DNA of 64,000 nt from the human T2T-CHM13v2.0 reference genome, Homo sapiens. The stretch is taken from the NCBI RefSeq assembly GCF_009914755.1, contig NC_060926.1, one strand, 5' to 3'. The position numbers and the translations under genes were made by a program. Shown here piece after piece: positions 27,586 to 40,819 of this stretch (its first letter is position 1; each line of letters opens with the position of its first letter). The notes beneath the pieces were generated by a model, which did no database searches, was not told the origin of the DNA, and saw only the letters and a list, made by a program, of their open reading frames with translations.

Positions 27586-29333
27586 AGACTGTAAACTAAT
27601 AAAAAAGGTAGGTATAAAGCTTTCTCCTGTTACCTTTTTAAAAATTTTCAGGACATTAAATTGCACTTTTTATCTTTTTTTAACCAACACTTAGGAAAGT
27701 CTTCTCTTTTAAGAGCCACGCTAATCACTGTCAAAGATTTATTCAGCACTACCTGGATTAGTTTTGGGACTTTCACATTGGGCAGACTCTTTCCTAGCAC
27801 ACAGATTAGAAATATAAACTTCTCTTCACCTCCAGCTCTGTCAAGTCTCAGAGTAATCAGATATCTTCTGGCCACCCAGGAAATCTCCCACTGATTGATT
27901 CATGTAAATTTTTTCTTATCTGACCTTTTGATGATTGACACTTCCTTATATGAATGCATAACCACTTTAAGGCTTGGGAATTAGTTCGTTGATATAAGCC
28001 TACTTGATTTAAAGGCAATTCATGTTCCCCACAGAGGTCCTCTGCAAAAAGATGGCCAACAGCGGAGCTCATTTATACATACAACTGGATAATCACATAT
28101 GGGCTTTTTAAAGAAAAATGAAAAAGAACAACTACCATGTATTAAGTACTAGTCACAACCTTCCTGTGTTTCTACCTTTCTGAGTGCTGCAATACTGAAT
28201 AGTAACAGAAACTAGAGACTTTTCCATACCAAAGACTGAAAAGCAGATACTGTGTAGGCTCATTATACTTTCTTCAAATGATATTTTATGAAAGCAGAGT
28301 AAATTGCAATAAGACGTCATGAATTATTTTATCGCTATGATGAAACCAGGTCCTGTTAAATGTGAGTGCTCCATAAATATTTATTGAGTAAATGTGTAAA
28401 TAAAAAAAAAAAGAAAGTCAGCTTTGTAAATTTCTAGTCATATCCACTCTAGTGAGAAATGGACATGTAACTCTTATTCCCCCCCTCCTTTTCCAGCAGA
28501 ATCTAAATTAAAATGGTAAATTTCCATTCTGTAAGGCATCTTGTTTATATCTGGCAGTTGTAACATATTTCCTACAAAACAGGTCTCATAATCTGGTTAT
28601 AAATCAAATTCTTCAAAAGTATTTGAGCTGTGCAGGTTTAAGACCTAATAGAACATCTGTCAGACATGATATATCTTCAGACAAACTAACTCACTTGTAA
28701 ATAACTTCAGTTTTTAGATTTTTGTAAAGGAGGTTGCTCTAAAGTAATTGAGATGTAATTAGGCCTGGAGTACAGAGATTTAGAATCTAGTCTTGTATTT
28801 TTCAACAACTAGATAGTTAATAGTGGGCAAATAATTAAATTTGGTTTAAATTCTGATCTTGGAATTCTGATCTTTAGGATATCTGTAGCATTGAAATAAT
28901 ATGATTACGAGAACATGTGCCTTCTATCCAAATAACTGCATATTTCTGAGGTTTAGTGTTTTAATTTTTTGACATATTGTTAGTTCTATAGCTACCATGA
29001 GAACACATTTTTGATGAAGAGCATAGCATCTACATATAGCATTATTTCTGAAGAAATACAATTGATTTTATGGCCATCTGCTCTATAATATAGCTTTTGG
29101 AAATGCAATTTTGTAAGAAGTATAGCTTGCTTAAAATAGCAAAGTACCACATTGCTTAAAAAATAATACCATTTTGCAGATTTTTGGCCTACACACTGTG
29201 TGGGGTTGCAATATATTTTTAAACAAATTGACGCATGTGCTACTCACACTTGCTTATACACTCCAGCCACAAGTGACCACTATTGCCAATGACTGTCTCC
29301 AAAGCTAATAAAAAGTAGAAAACGCATCAATCA

Positions 29334-29711
<378 letters not shown>

Positions 29712-31199
29712 TCACTCATAGCTAGAGAGGCACAGGCTGCACATCTCTCCTAACCACCGAGGCAACTTGGCAAAATAAAGTTCACTACATATTCATTATT
29801 ATAATGATCAGAAAAACTTTCCAGTGGGAAAGATATTTTTCAGCTTACTATAAGAAAGGATGACCCAGATGTTTTGTCTCATGTCTCTTACAGAAAATGT
29901 ACAAAATTACATTTAGCTGACAGAAGATGAAATGAAGTTGACAAACTAAATATGACAAATGTAAAATGTGAAACTAAAACACTTTTAGAAGAATGACAAA
30001 GGCAAACAAGATTTCAGTGGTCTTTTAAGAGATCTGTGCTACCACAGCAAAGCAAAAAGTAGGCCATTCTAACCAGATTTTTAGCATATCCTGTCATATT
30101 ACTATAATTATGAATTTATATCTAAAAATGAGGGTAAGTTACTCTAAACCTACTTTTTATCTGAGTAGATAGTTTAGAAAGTAATTTATAGAAAACAGGG
30201 GAGGGGAATTGAATCTTAGATAACTGATATTATCTCAACTATTGCATGAAAATCTTTTTTTCTACTAAAGAAAGTCATACTAAAGCTTTCACTCTCTTAA
30301 AATCAATTCTGTAGTTAAATTTAATTCATAATTTATAATGGGGTTCCACTTGTATTTATCCTGACTCTCAGAACTGTTAGATAGGTGAAGTATTAATTAG
30401 CTAATTAAAAGAAGAAATTGAATCTAAGAGCATATACATGGAACTTGCCAAAACATGACTTTTTAGAGACAGGACCAAGTTGCTTCCATATTGAAAAGGA
30501 AGAATGTGAGTATATTAATATCCTCATGACAAAAGTCTTCTAAAAGTTCTACAGATATTGTCACTCCATATTAAGGAAACTACATGCAGTTGAGCTCCAT
30601 CCCTCTGCAACTAAAATACGATGTTTTCTTCCAATTACATTATTTGACTCAATTGCTAAACCTTTATGGATCACCTGCTTTTTACAAGGTCATATTTTGT
30701 ATCCTGTGTATATAAAGATGAACAAAATATCAGTAAGTGAATATTTATAAACTTATATTAAAAATCACATTGTACCTGGTACATATGTATACTTATTTTT
30801 TGTCAGTTACAGATTAAATTAAATTTAAAATACAAAAGCCTATATATATATATACAGCTCACCTGTCATTTAGGAATATGCTTATAGTTAAATAATTTTA
30901 AAGCTACCAGCATTCAGGGAGCACTCTGTATGCATACACAGCACTTAAGACGTCTACTAGAAGAAGCACATCACCCAACCAAAGATGACAGGGGACACTC
31001 TAGCCCAATGACTTATGGTAACATATATAAGATGATATAAAAGGTGGGGGCAGAGTGGCAGATTGGGATATAAATCCTATATGCCTTGGACAAGAAGAAA
31101 AAATACAACTAAATAAATGGGTTCAAAAAGAAGGGGGCAGAATTAAAGTAAAAGATGCTCATTCTTTAAAGTATACACAAGAGGTTGACATCAAGGGAT

Positions 31200-32120
31200 A
31201 TCATTTGAATCTGTGCTATCAAATGATAGATACTTAAGGGCATTAATGTCATAAAGATCAATCTCATAATGGTAACTACCTAAATATAAATACAAACTTT
31301 GAAAATACCAAAATAATTTTTTAAATCTGAAAAAGCAGAGAAAATTGCACAATGAAATAATATCATAATAATAAAATAGTAAAATACATAAGATAATAAG
31401 ATGATTGTGAACAAAAATACCAATTATATAAAAATATAAAGGATATTTATGTACTAAAATAGATGAATGCTAAATTAGTGGGTGAAAATTTGATGAAGGA
31501 CAAAATATATGTAATCATAATGTATACCCACAAGAATTTTTTGAAATTAATAACAGGAAAATAAACTAATCATATAATAGGGAAACCTGGAAGACACAAC
31601 ATTAAATAAGTAAATTAAGTTAACATTACCAATAATCAGCCAATCAAACATAATCTGGTATCTCCTTACCACAATAATTAAAAGAAAAAAAAACACAACT
31701 GTCATATTTATGCTAAAAATCCAGTAATCTAATTGTAAGTATCAAAAAACCTAATTGAGGGAGAGCATACAAACATTAGCTGATACTCTTCAAATATGTC
31801 CACGTCAAGAAAGGCAAAAAAAGGCTCAGAAAAAAGTTTTAAAGAAACCAGATACATGTCTACTAATGTATCATCTAGCAGCAGAAAATTTTTAAAATGT
31901 GTTCCTCTGCTTTCCTTTTCCTACATCTTTTTGTTTTCCTCTTCCTGTTCTCCTCCTTCTCTTTCTTTTATTTCTTCTTCATCTTTAACTTTTTCACCTT
32001 CATCTTCTTGTACTACAAAGATATTATTAAGGCACCTATATGAATTGATACTGTAGATTGGATGATAGTATTATATCAATTTTATATTTCCCAATTTTGA
32101 AAACAGTATTAGACTATTTT
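31200..32120 (+). mobile_element. L1MC/ME-type 3' region remnant
   Basis: gggaaacctggaagacacaac..aagttaacattaccaataat; gtagattggatgatagtattatatcaat. Confidence 0.55.
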
Positions 32121-32436
32121 TCTCCTTAGGTGATATACAGTGACAGCACAGGTTTTTCAAGCAATTGTGATGGGAAAATTGGATATTCACAGGAAAAAGA
32201 ATAAACCTTGACCTAAACTTCACTTCCTATACAAAAATTAACTGAAAATGGATTCTATATCAAAATGTAAAATGTGAAACTAAAACACTTTTAGAAAACA
32301 ATTGAAAATATTTATGACCAAAGGTATGCAGATAATCTTACACATGGCTTCAAATAAAATAAAAAATATATATATTGACCATTATCAAATTTTAAAACTT
32401 TTGCTCTACAGAAGAAGCTGTTAAGAGGATGAAAAG

Positions 32437-32741
32437 GGCAAGGAGTGGTGGCTCACACCTGTAATCCCAGCATTTTGCAAGGCCGAGGCTGGTGGATTAC
32501 TTTAGGCCAGGAGTTCGAGACCAACCTGGCCAACATTGTGAAACATCATCTCTGCTAAAATATAAAAAAAATTAGGCAGGCTTGGTGACACACACCTGTA
32601 ATCTCAGCTACTTTGGAGCCAGAGGCACAAGAATCTCTTGAACCCATGAGGCAGAGATTGTAGTGAGGCAAGATGGCACCACTGCACTCCAACCTGGGCA
32701 ACAGAGTGAGACCGTCTCAAAAAATAAATAAAATAAAATAA
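32437..32741 (+). mobile_element. Alu (old S/J)
   Basis: Full dimer; flanks aagaggatgaaaag / agagggtgaaaag. Confidence 0.9.
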
Positions 32742-33730
32742 AAGTTTTATAAAGAGGGTGAAAAGACAAACCACAGACCAAGAGAGAGTATTTGTAAATG
32801 TCATGTTTTCAAGATGAAAGACTTGGATCCAGCATATACAGATAACTTCCTAAATTCAATAGGAAGAAAGATGCAATGCCAAAGAGGACATGTGAACAGC
32901 AAATTCAGACAGGAAAAAAACATTCAAAATCATTAGTGATTAGAGAAATGCAAATAAATGTAAGATAAGGTATAAGGGCACACCTACTTGAATAGATTAA
33001 AAAAAAATTAAAGATACCAACTGATAAAGTACAGGTGAGAAAGTGGAACAGCTACATATGTCATGTATTGCTGGAGGATGTAAAATGCTACAGCCAGGTT
33101 GAAAAATTGACAGTTTCACATAGAGTTAAACATACACTGCCTGTATGATCCAGCAAACATATGTCGGGACATGTCTCTAGAGATATAAAAACTTAATTTC
33201 ACACAAAACCTACACATGAATTTACATAGTTTTCTTGTTAATAGCCCCAGCCTGCAAGCAACTGAAATATCTTTCAACAGGTTGGAGGTTAAACAGATTA
33301 TCGTGCATCCACTATTCAGCAATAAAAAACAATAGACTTTTGATACACATAAAAGTGTGGATAAATCCGAGTGGCACCTGATGAATGAAGAAAATAATAG
33401 TCAATCTCAAAAAGTTATGTGTTATATAATTGCATTTCTATAAAAATTAGAGAACAAATGGATTGTTGCAAGGGTTAGGATTGAAGAAGGTATGACTATC
33501 GAAAGATAACACAACAGAGTTTCTATATGATGATAGAACAATTCTCTATGGCAAATTCAGTGATGGGTACTAAAATCTACACATGCAAAAAAATCAGAGA
33601 ATACAGCCTCCAAAATAGTACATGTGTAATAAAAAGGTAAAATACAAATACCAATTATATTTGAGTGATTAGTGTTGTATCAATATCAGTCCCATGGCTT
33701 TGACAATGCTATATGGTTATGTAAGATATT

Positions 33731-34024
<294 letters not shown>

Positions 34025-34171
34025 TTATGAGTCCTAAAACATTTCAAACTAAAAAAAAATTAAAGGAGATAAGGTGGAAAATGTCTCTATAGGTACTGGT
34101 GCTGCAAAGATTTTGACAAAAAAATCAATACCCATTCCTAATTTTTCAACATATAGTAAAGTAGACATTTG

Positions 34172-34200
<29 letters not shown>
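34172..34200. repeat. (CA)n microsatellite
   Basis: Seen directly. Confidence 0.95.
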
Positions 34201-34202
<2 letters not shown>

Positions 34203-34701
34203 TTCTCAGTCCTAAAATCAACTAATTCATTTAACAAATGAAAGAAAACTTTATTAAATATATGCTATCTCAGTGTGTAAAGATGCCCACTAACTCCATT
34301 AGAATTTAGCATTTTATTGGACATATTATCCAAAACAACTAGCAAAAGGAAAACAATTACATGCTTAAAAACCAGCAAATAATAATTATTTTCATTTGCA
34401 GATGATTTGACAGTTTTTCTAGATAACCTAAGAAATACAATTATAAAATTTTCACAATGATAAAATAATCCAAGTAAAGTATCTAGAATTCGTGTATAAA
34501 AATCAGTAGTTTTTATATGTACAAATATGGCCAGTTAGAAGATGTAAGGGGAAAGCTCCATATATAATAAGTATTAAATATTTGGGAATACATTTAATTA
34601 AAAAATTGAGAAACTGACAGAGAAAATCTCTGAAAAGCACTTCAAAAAGACATAAAAATAAATTTAAATAATATCTTATGTTCTCAGATATGATGGCCAA
34701 G

Positions 34702-35056
34702 CGTTATGATTAAATATTTGTGTCCTCAAATTCATTTGTTGAAACTCTACCCCTAATGTGGTAATATTAGGCAGTAGGGATTTTTGAGAGGTAATTAAAA
34801 TTAGATGAGAATATGAAGGTAGAGCCTCCATGAATGGAATTAGTGTCCTTTAAAAGTCCTGAGAGCATTTGATTCCTCTCTCTGCCATCCTAGGACACAG
34901 CAAGAAGACTGCTGTCTATGAACTAAGGAAGCAGGCCCTCACCCAGTGCCTTGACCTTGGACTTCCTAACCTCCAGGACTGTGAGAAAAGAATCTTTGAT
35001 GTTTAAGCTACCCAGCTTATGATATTTTGTTATAGCAACCCTAATGGACTAAGACA
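34702..35056 (+). mobile_element. MLT1A-type LTR
   Basis: tttgtgtcctcaaattcatttgttgaaac..ccatgaatggaattagtgtcc..ttttgttatagcaaccctaatggactaagaca. Confidence 0.88.
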
Positions 35057-35364
35057 CAGAACATTACACAAATGTCAAGTATCCCCATATCAACATAAAA
35101 ATTGGATAAATATAATGACATTGGGAGATAAATGAAATTAAAGTATATGGAACAAACATTCAAGAAAATCTAGGAAGTCCCTGTAAAAGGATATTAACGA
35201 GGGGAAACTAGACCTACCGAATAATAAAATATACTTCAAAGACTCAAAAATCGGAGTAGTATGAAACTGACACATAAGTTGTCAGATGTGTGGAAAAGAC
35301 AAGAAAGCTTTAAAAAAAGAATCCAGTATATTATAACGTTTTAGTAATATGAAGAAGGTCACAT

Positions 35365-36210
35365 TGATACGGGAGTGGGGCAGGGAAGTGCTGGATAGAG
35401 GAGGGCGTGGTTCCTGGCAAGGGCTCCACCCTCGGGCCTGTGCCTGCCCACTGACCTAGGTAAGGACAAGAGCTCCTGTTTCTGTGCCAAAATGTTGCAT
35501 TTTCCAAGACCACCCTGGCCTGCCACACTCCCCATCCCATGCTTATAAAAACCCTGAGACCCTAGCGGGCACAGACACAAGTGGCTGGCCATAGAGAGGA
35601 ACACACTGGTAGAAAAACACACAAGGAACTGGACGTCAGGAGGAACACAGCAGCAGAAGAACACACAGATGCCAACATGCCATTGACCGCAAAATGACGC
35701 AGATGCCAAGAGAAATTCAGCTGAGGGTGGTTGGAGGAGAGCCCAACCACTGAACGGCCCAACTCCAGGGGAAGACCACTTTCCCACTCCATCCACCTTT
35801 TGGCTCCCCATCAATCTGCTGAGAGGTATCTTCACCATTCAATAAAACCTTGCACTCATTCTCCAAGCCCATGTGTGATCCAATTTTTTGCAGTCTACTA
35901 AGGCAAGAACCCTGGGATACAGCAAGCCCTGTGTCCTTGCGATAAGGCAGAGGGTCTAATTGAGCTGATTAACACAAGACACCTGTGGGTGGCTAAGCTG
36001 AAAGAGCATATTGTAACACACACCCACTGGGGCTTCAGGAGCTGTAAGCACTCAACCCTAGATACTACTGTGGGACCTGAGCCCACACTCCCAATGACCT
36101 GCCCGTCTGCATGCTCCCCCTAGGAGTTTGAGCTGTAGGGCACTGAAAAAGTGAGCCACTCCCTCTGTGGCAAGCCCTGAGAGGAAGATAAGGGAACTTT
36201 TCCTGTTTCA
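35365..36210 (+). mobile_element. LTR1-family (ERV1) solo LTR, complete
   Basis: TG..CA termini (tgatacgggagtggggcagg..tcctgtttca); 4-bp TSD acat; TATA gcttataaaaa; AATAAA near 35841. Confidence 0.87.
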
Positions 36211-37764
36211 ACATCTTGTCACTGGCAGGGGGGAGGTGAAATATACTTTCATACAAATTAGTGTTGGGATAACAAGACATCCTTCGGAAAAACATAAAAA
36301 GGGACTCATACTTCAAGCCATTCAGCCGAAAGAACTTCAAAGAAGCCAGAGACCTAAATGTAAAACAAAAAAACTGTATATGATCCACAATAAAACAGAA
36401 CTAAATTCATTTGTAACCTGAGAGTGTGAAAATTTTCTCTAACTGTGACTTAAATTCAGAGGCAATAAAAAAATTTTGTGATTGTATATACAAACACAAT
36501 GTAGGCAAAGTCAAATATAAATAAGTTAGAAGAAAATATTTCCCCCATATATGAAAGATAAAGTCTAATCTTCTTAAGTTGTAAAGAACTCTAAAATTGA
36601 GAAAGAAAAGCCTAAATACCTGATAGAAAATAGGAAAAAGAAATAAACAATTCATTTCTAGGTATATACTCAAGAGATAGGAAACATATCCTCAGAAAGA
36701 CTTTTACATGTATGTTTATAGCAACATTATGACTAGTAACCAAAACCTAAAAATGACTGAGATGTCAATCAACGTGGGAGTAGATAACATGATGTGGTAC
36801 ACCCATACAATGAAATACTACTAACCAATAAAATAGAGCAAATTTTAGAGTCATGCCAAAACATGAATGATTCACAAAAGTATTATACTAACTAGAAATG
36901 GGCAGACAGAAATTACTACAAACTATATGATTTTTATTTATCTGAAATATCCAGAAAAAATAAAACTGTAAAGACAGAAAACAAGAGTGGTTGCCTAATG
37001 CAAAGTGTGGCAGTAGGGATTGACTGTAAATAGACAATGAAGATATTTTGGGGATGTATTCTAAATCTCACACATAATGGCTGAACAATTGTATAAATCT
37101 ACCTAAACTCATCAAACTATACATTTTTGATGTGTAAATTTTATGACATGTAACTTAATAAAAATAAAAATTTAACTCATTAAAGCTGTCATAAGTGTAT
37201 CCTCCAAACACTGTAAGTTTTGTGAGTAATAAATTTTCTAACATGGCAACTATGAATCAACACAATTTAATTAGTATTTCAAATGTATATGTAAAGAAGT
37301 TTGCCTTGTGAGCATAAAAGGAAATAAACATATCTTTCTGAGGATATGTTTCCTATCTCTTGGGTATATACCTAGGAATGAATTGTTTATGTCTTTTTCC
37401 CATTTTTCTATTGGGTATTTGGGCTTTACTTTCTCAATTTTAGTTTTTTTCTACACTCCAAGGACTTAAAATATTATTTTCACTACTCATCCTATTGATT
37501 TAATTCTCTCAAGGGGGAAATAACTTATTTTCAATGTGCAGCTTCTTTATAAGACACGCTGGCTTCTTTACATGCATTATTAAGTTAATATTGATAAAGT
37601 CTGTGCAAGATACAATTATAGTATTCATTACAAATATGACTTCAGAATACTAATTAATTTGTTCATGGTTAGATACTCAGAAGGCAGAAAAACTAGCATG
37701 TGAACTGAAGCTTCAAAGCATGTGCCTTTCTTTGTTTTGACTTTTTTTCCCCTTAAATATAGAA

Positions 37765-38250
37765 TTGAGATCACCTTGTTCACATAGCTAAACTATCAGG
37801 ACTGAGAATCGAGGCCATCTATATTAGTGCGTCTTAACTGTTTGCTTCAGGAAATTACTATAAACCAATTTATCTGGGCAAGTAGTTTGCTGCTGGCCAA
37901 AAATCTCTCCTATGAGGACAATATATTGCCCACCTTACTTTTGCAACTTACTTTTAAACACTGAAAGACTCTTTTGATACTGTTTAATTCAATACTAAAC
38001 AGTTATATCACAAATTTTCTCCATCCCAGATAACTCCATTCCTAGAAAGATTCATCTTAAACTATTCTAGTCCAGACCCTAAACCTTAATAAATATTATA
38101 CAATGACCACTCCATTCTGAGAAACTATGAAGATTCGTTCAATGTTATGCTATATTCCCCCTTGCTAAAGTAGGCTGTGTTTGTAGGACAAACTGGGGCT
38201 ATTTAAAATGCATGAAAATTTTCCTTTGTGGCTTTTGTTGTTGTTGTTTG
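37765..38250 (+). mobile_element. Decayed ERV1 LTR (MER31/MER34/MER67 group)
   Basis: ccctaaacc..ataaatat..ttctgagaaactatgaagattcgttcaatg..cccttgctaaagtagg resembles the U3/R of this group. Confidence 0.45.
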
Positions 38251-40100
38251 GTCTTTGAGAGCATGATTCAAAGGTAAATCCCATCTCAAAAACTTCCATT
38301 CGCTGGATTTGTTGGGTCTGTAATTGGATCCAGCCAGTCATTAGGGTGGGAACTTGAGCCATGAGGTGCACCAGCAACATAGCTGACCGACCATTGCCAT
38401 CCATCCCTTTATGATTTCTTCTCAATTTAGTCTATGTCTCTGCTAGGTCTGATTCTATTTTCTTACATGTATTCACATTCTAATTCTAACATCTATCTTT
38501 CTAGTTGGCATAATTTTACCAATGATAATTTAAAATTATAGTGGATGCTTTGTGAGCTTTGAATATAAATAGTATTTATTTTAGATGTATAGACATGTCT
38601 TAAAACAAAAAGGGAGAAAAATTTGAAGCATCTAGTGATCTCCATTTATTCATTGACATGAGGAAGTTCTGAAGTAATTTTATGTAACAACATCGCATCC
38701 TTAAAAGTTCCTTTGAACAAGGCAAGTTAAATCTGTGGATACTTACTATTTAGGCTCCCCCTTTCAGGTTCTCCACACTGTAAACTGAACTTTTACACCA
38801 CTCTTGCTCCCCTTCCACTACATAACCCTCCATTACATTCTGCCCATACTCCTTTCAGACCCACCTACCTTTAGTTCTGGCTGGCCAGACATTTACGAAG
38901 ATAAATTGCCTCTGAAAGTTAATGCCATTCAGAACAGAGCAGGCCCATTGTGATTGATCTTAAGCCCTGGTCTCAGTCTGAGCTAAGAGTCAATGTGAAA
39001 GACTTCTAAAGCCTAGACAAAATAGAAAGAAATTTACAGACTGAGGTAGGACAGATCTAGAAATATATAATCAAACCTTCCCAATATCAGTTGATTTATA
39101 TTCTATTAAGAACCTCATAAGCAAAAACTTTTGTGGGAAGAGAATAATTAAGGTGACTTATGAGGCCCAGAGGCCTTAGAAAATGTGTAGATGTCGCCTA
39201 AGATACTTAGGTGGCTATCGCCAAAGTATTTTCTGTGAAACAGATTGGACCCTAACAAAACTGGTGGAAACATAAAGGTTCTTTAGTATTTTTAGAAGGC
39301 ATCCAGGAGCAGATTCTTAAGCTAAAAATAATCATTTGGTGGCCTCTAAGAACTAGTATGGAGACTGGGCATGATGGCTCATGCCTGTGATCCCAGCACT
39401 TTGGGAGGCAGAGACGGAGGTGGGAAGATCACTTTCATCCAGGAGTTTAAGACCAGCCTGAGCAACATAGTGAGAACCCTTCTCTACAAACAATAAAAAA
39501 TTAGGCCTGATGTGGTGGCTCATGCCTGTTATCCCAGCACTTTGGTAGGTCAAGGCAGGCAGATCGTTTGAGCCCAGGAATTCAAACCAGCCTGGCTAAC
39601 ATGATGAAACCCTGTCTCTACAAAAAATTAAAAATATTATCTGGTCCTGATGGCATGCTTCTGTAGTCCCAGCTACTCAGGAGCCTGAGGTGAGAGGATT
39701 GCCTGAGCCTGGGAGGTGAAGGCTCCAGTGAGCCGACATCACAGCACTGCACTCAGCCTGGATGACAGAGCAAGATCCTGTTTCAAAAGAAAATTTAAAA
39801 ATAAAAAAAAAACACTATCATGGATATTGCAGGTTAATATTCCATTGAATACCACCAACTAACTAAACAAAGCCTTATCTTAGTAAATTGGTACTTGCTT
39901 TACAAATAACCCCTTATATCACCCAGGGTTCATACATAGGCCAACAGATGGCACCTTAGAAAAAGAGATGGCTATGTAACACTTGGAAAAGGAGAGAAAC
40001 TGGGCTTCAATTTGAGGTCCAAACTTTAAATACTCAGAAGGATTTCTGAACTAGTTCTCTGTGTCCTCTGTCAATTTATTTTGTGTTTTATACATGACCC
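38250..40100 (+). mobile_element. ERV1 internal remnant (leader plus gag-like)
   Basis: 38962 translates KPWSQSELRVNVKDF, then after a frameshift KPRQNRKKFTD, resembling MER4-group gag. It follows a proline-rich segment. Confidence 0.55.
39362..39810 (+). mobile_element. AluJ-type trimer (left monomer plus full AluJ)
   Basis: Left arm 39362-39502 then full dimer 39504-39810; flanks aactagtatgga / acactatcatgga. Confidence 0.88.
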
Positions 40101-40125
40101 AGAAAATAGGAAAAATGTGGCATGG

Positions 40126-40549
40126 TGTATTAGTCAGAGTTCTCTTAGAGGGACAGAACTAATAGGATAGATATAAAGGGGAGTTTATTAAGTATTAACT
40201 TACAGGATCACAAGGTCCCACAATACGTTGTCTGCAAGATGTAGAGGCAGTCTGAATCCCAAAACTGAAGAGCTTGGAGTCCAATGTTTGAGGGCAGGAA
40301 GCACTCAGCACAGGAGGAAGATATAGACTGGGAGGCTAGGCCAATCTCTCTTTTTCACATTTTTCTGCCTGCTTTATGTTCATTGGCAGCTGATTAGATT
40401 GTGCCCACCAGATTAAGGGTGGATCTACCTTCCCCAGCCCACTGACTCAAATGTTAATCTCTTTGAGCAACACCCTCACAGACATGCCCAGGATTAACAC
40501 TTGGTATCCCTCAATCCAGTCAAGTTGACACTCAGTATTAACCATCACA
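40126..40549 (-). mobile_element. MLT2A (HERV-L) solo LTR
   Basis: tgtattagtcagagttctcttagagggacagaactaatagga..caagttgacactcagtattaaccatcaca; TSD catgg/caagg. Confidence 0.92.
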
Positions 40550-40819
40550 CAAGGTATGATTAAAAGACTGAGAGAAAAGCTATACAATGTCAAATAAGCA
40601 AAGAGAAAAACAAAACAAAAGGCCTCACTCAAGAAGTTAATGAGATTGGGCAGGCGTTCAAAACAGAGCATGTCTACCTTTAATAATATCCTACTGAGTT
40701 AGAAAATGTACCATTTTAGGAAAATAAGATTGAACTTGTACCCTAACAGATATCTCTGAAATTTGGAGTGTTACTCAAAATATCTGGGAAACAAATCATG
40801 AAAGTGTCAAACTATTTTC

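Larger units (their letters stand above)
34270..37170 (+). mobile_element. Old L1 (L1MC/ME-type) remnants split by MLT1A and an LTR1-family LTR
   Basis: tcatttgcagatgatttg (RT FADD); gtatgtttatagcaacattat; 3' end ..gtgtaaattttatgacatg..aataaaaat. Confidence 0.7.

Noticed and set aside
27881-27896. 16-mer aaatctcccactgatt repeated at ~45325
   Set aside because: A match of this length is about what chance gives in an AT-rich 64-kb self-comparison, and it does not extend into the flanks.
28689-28780. Possible - strand mini-exon ending CAA|GTGAGT
   Set aside because: The acceptors are weak, the 70-nt version is closed in all frames, and there is no other support.
35359-35838. 159-aa ORF, the longest in the window
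   Set aside because: It is the antisense reading of a GC-rich LTR1-family LTR and has no protein-like features.
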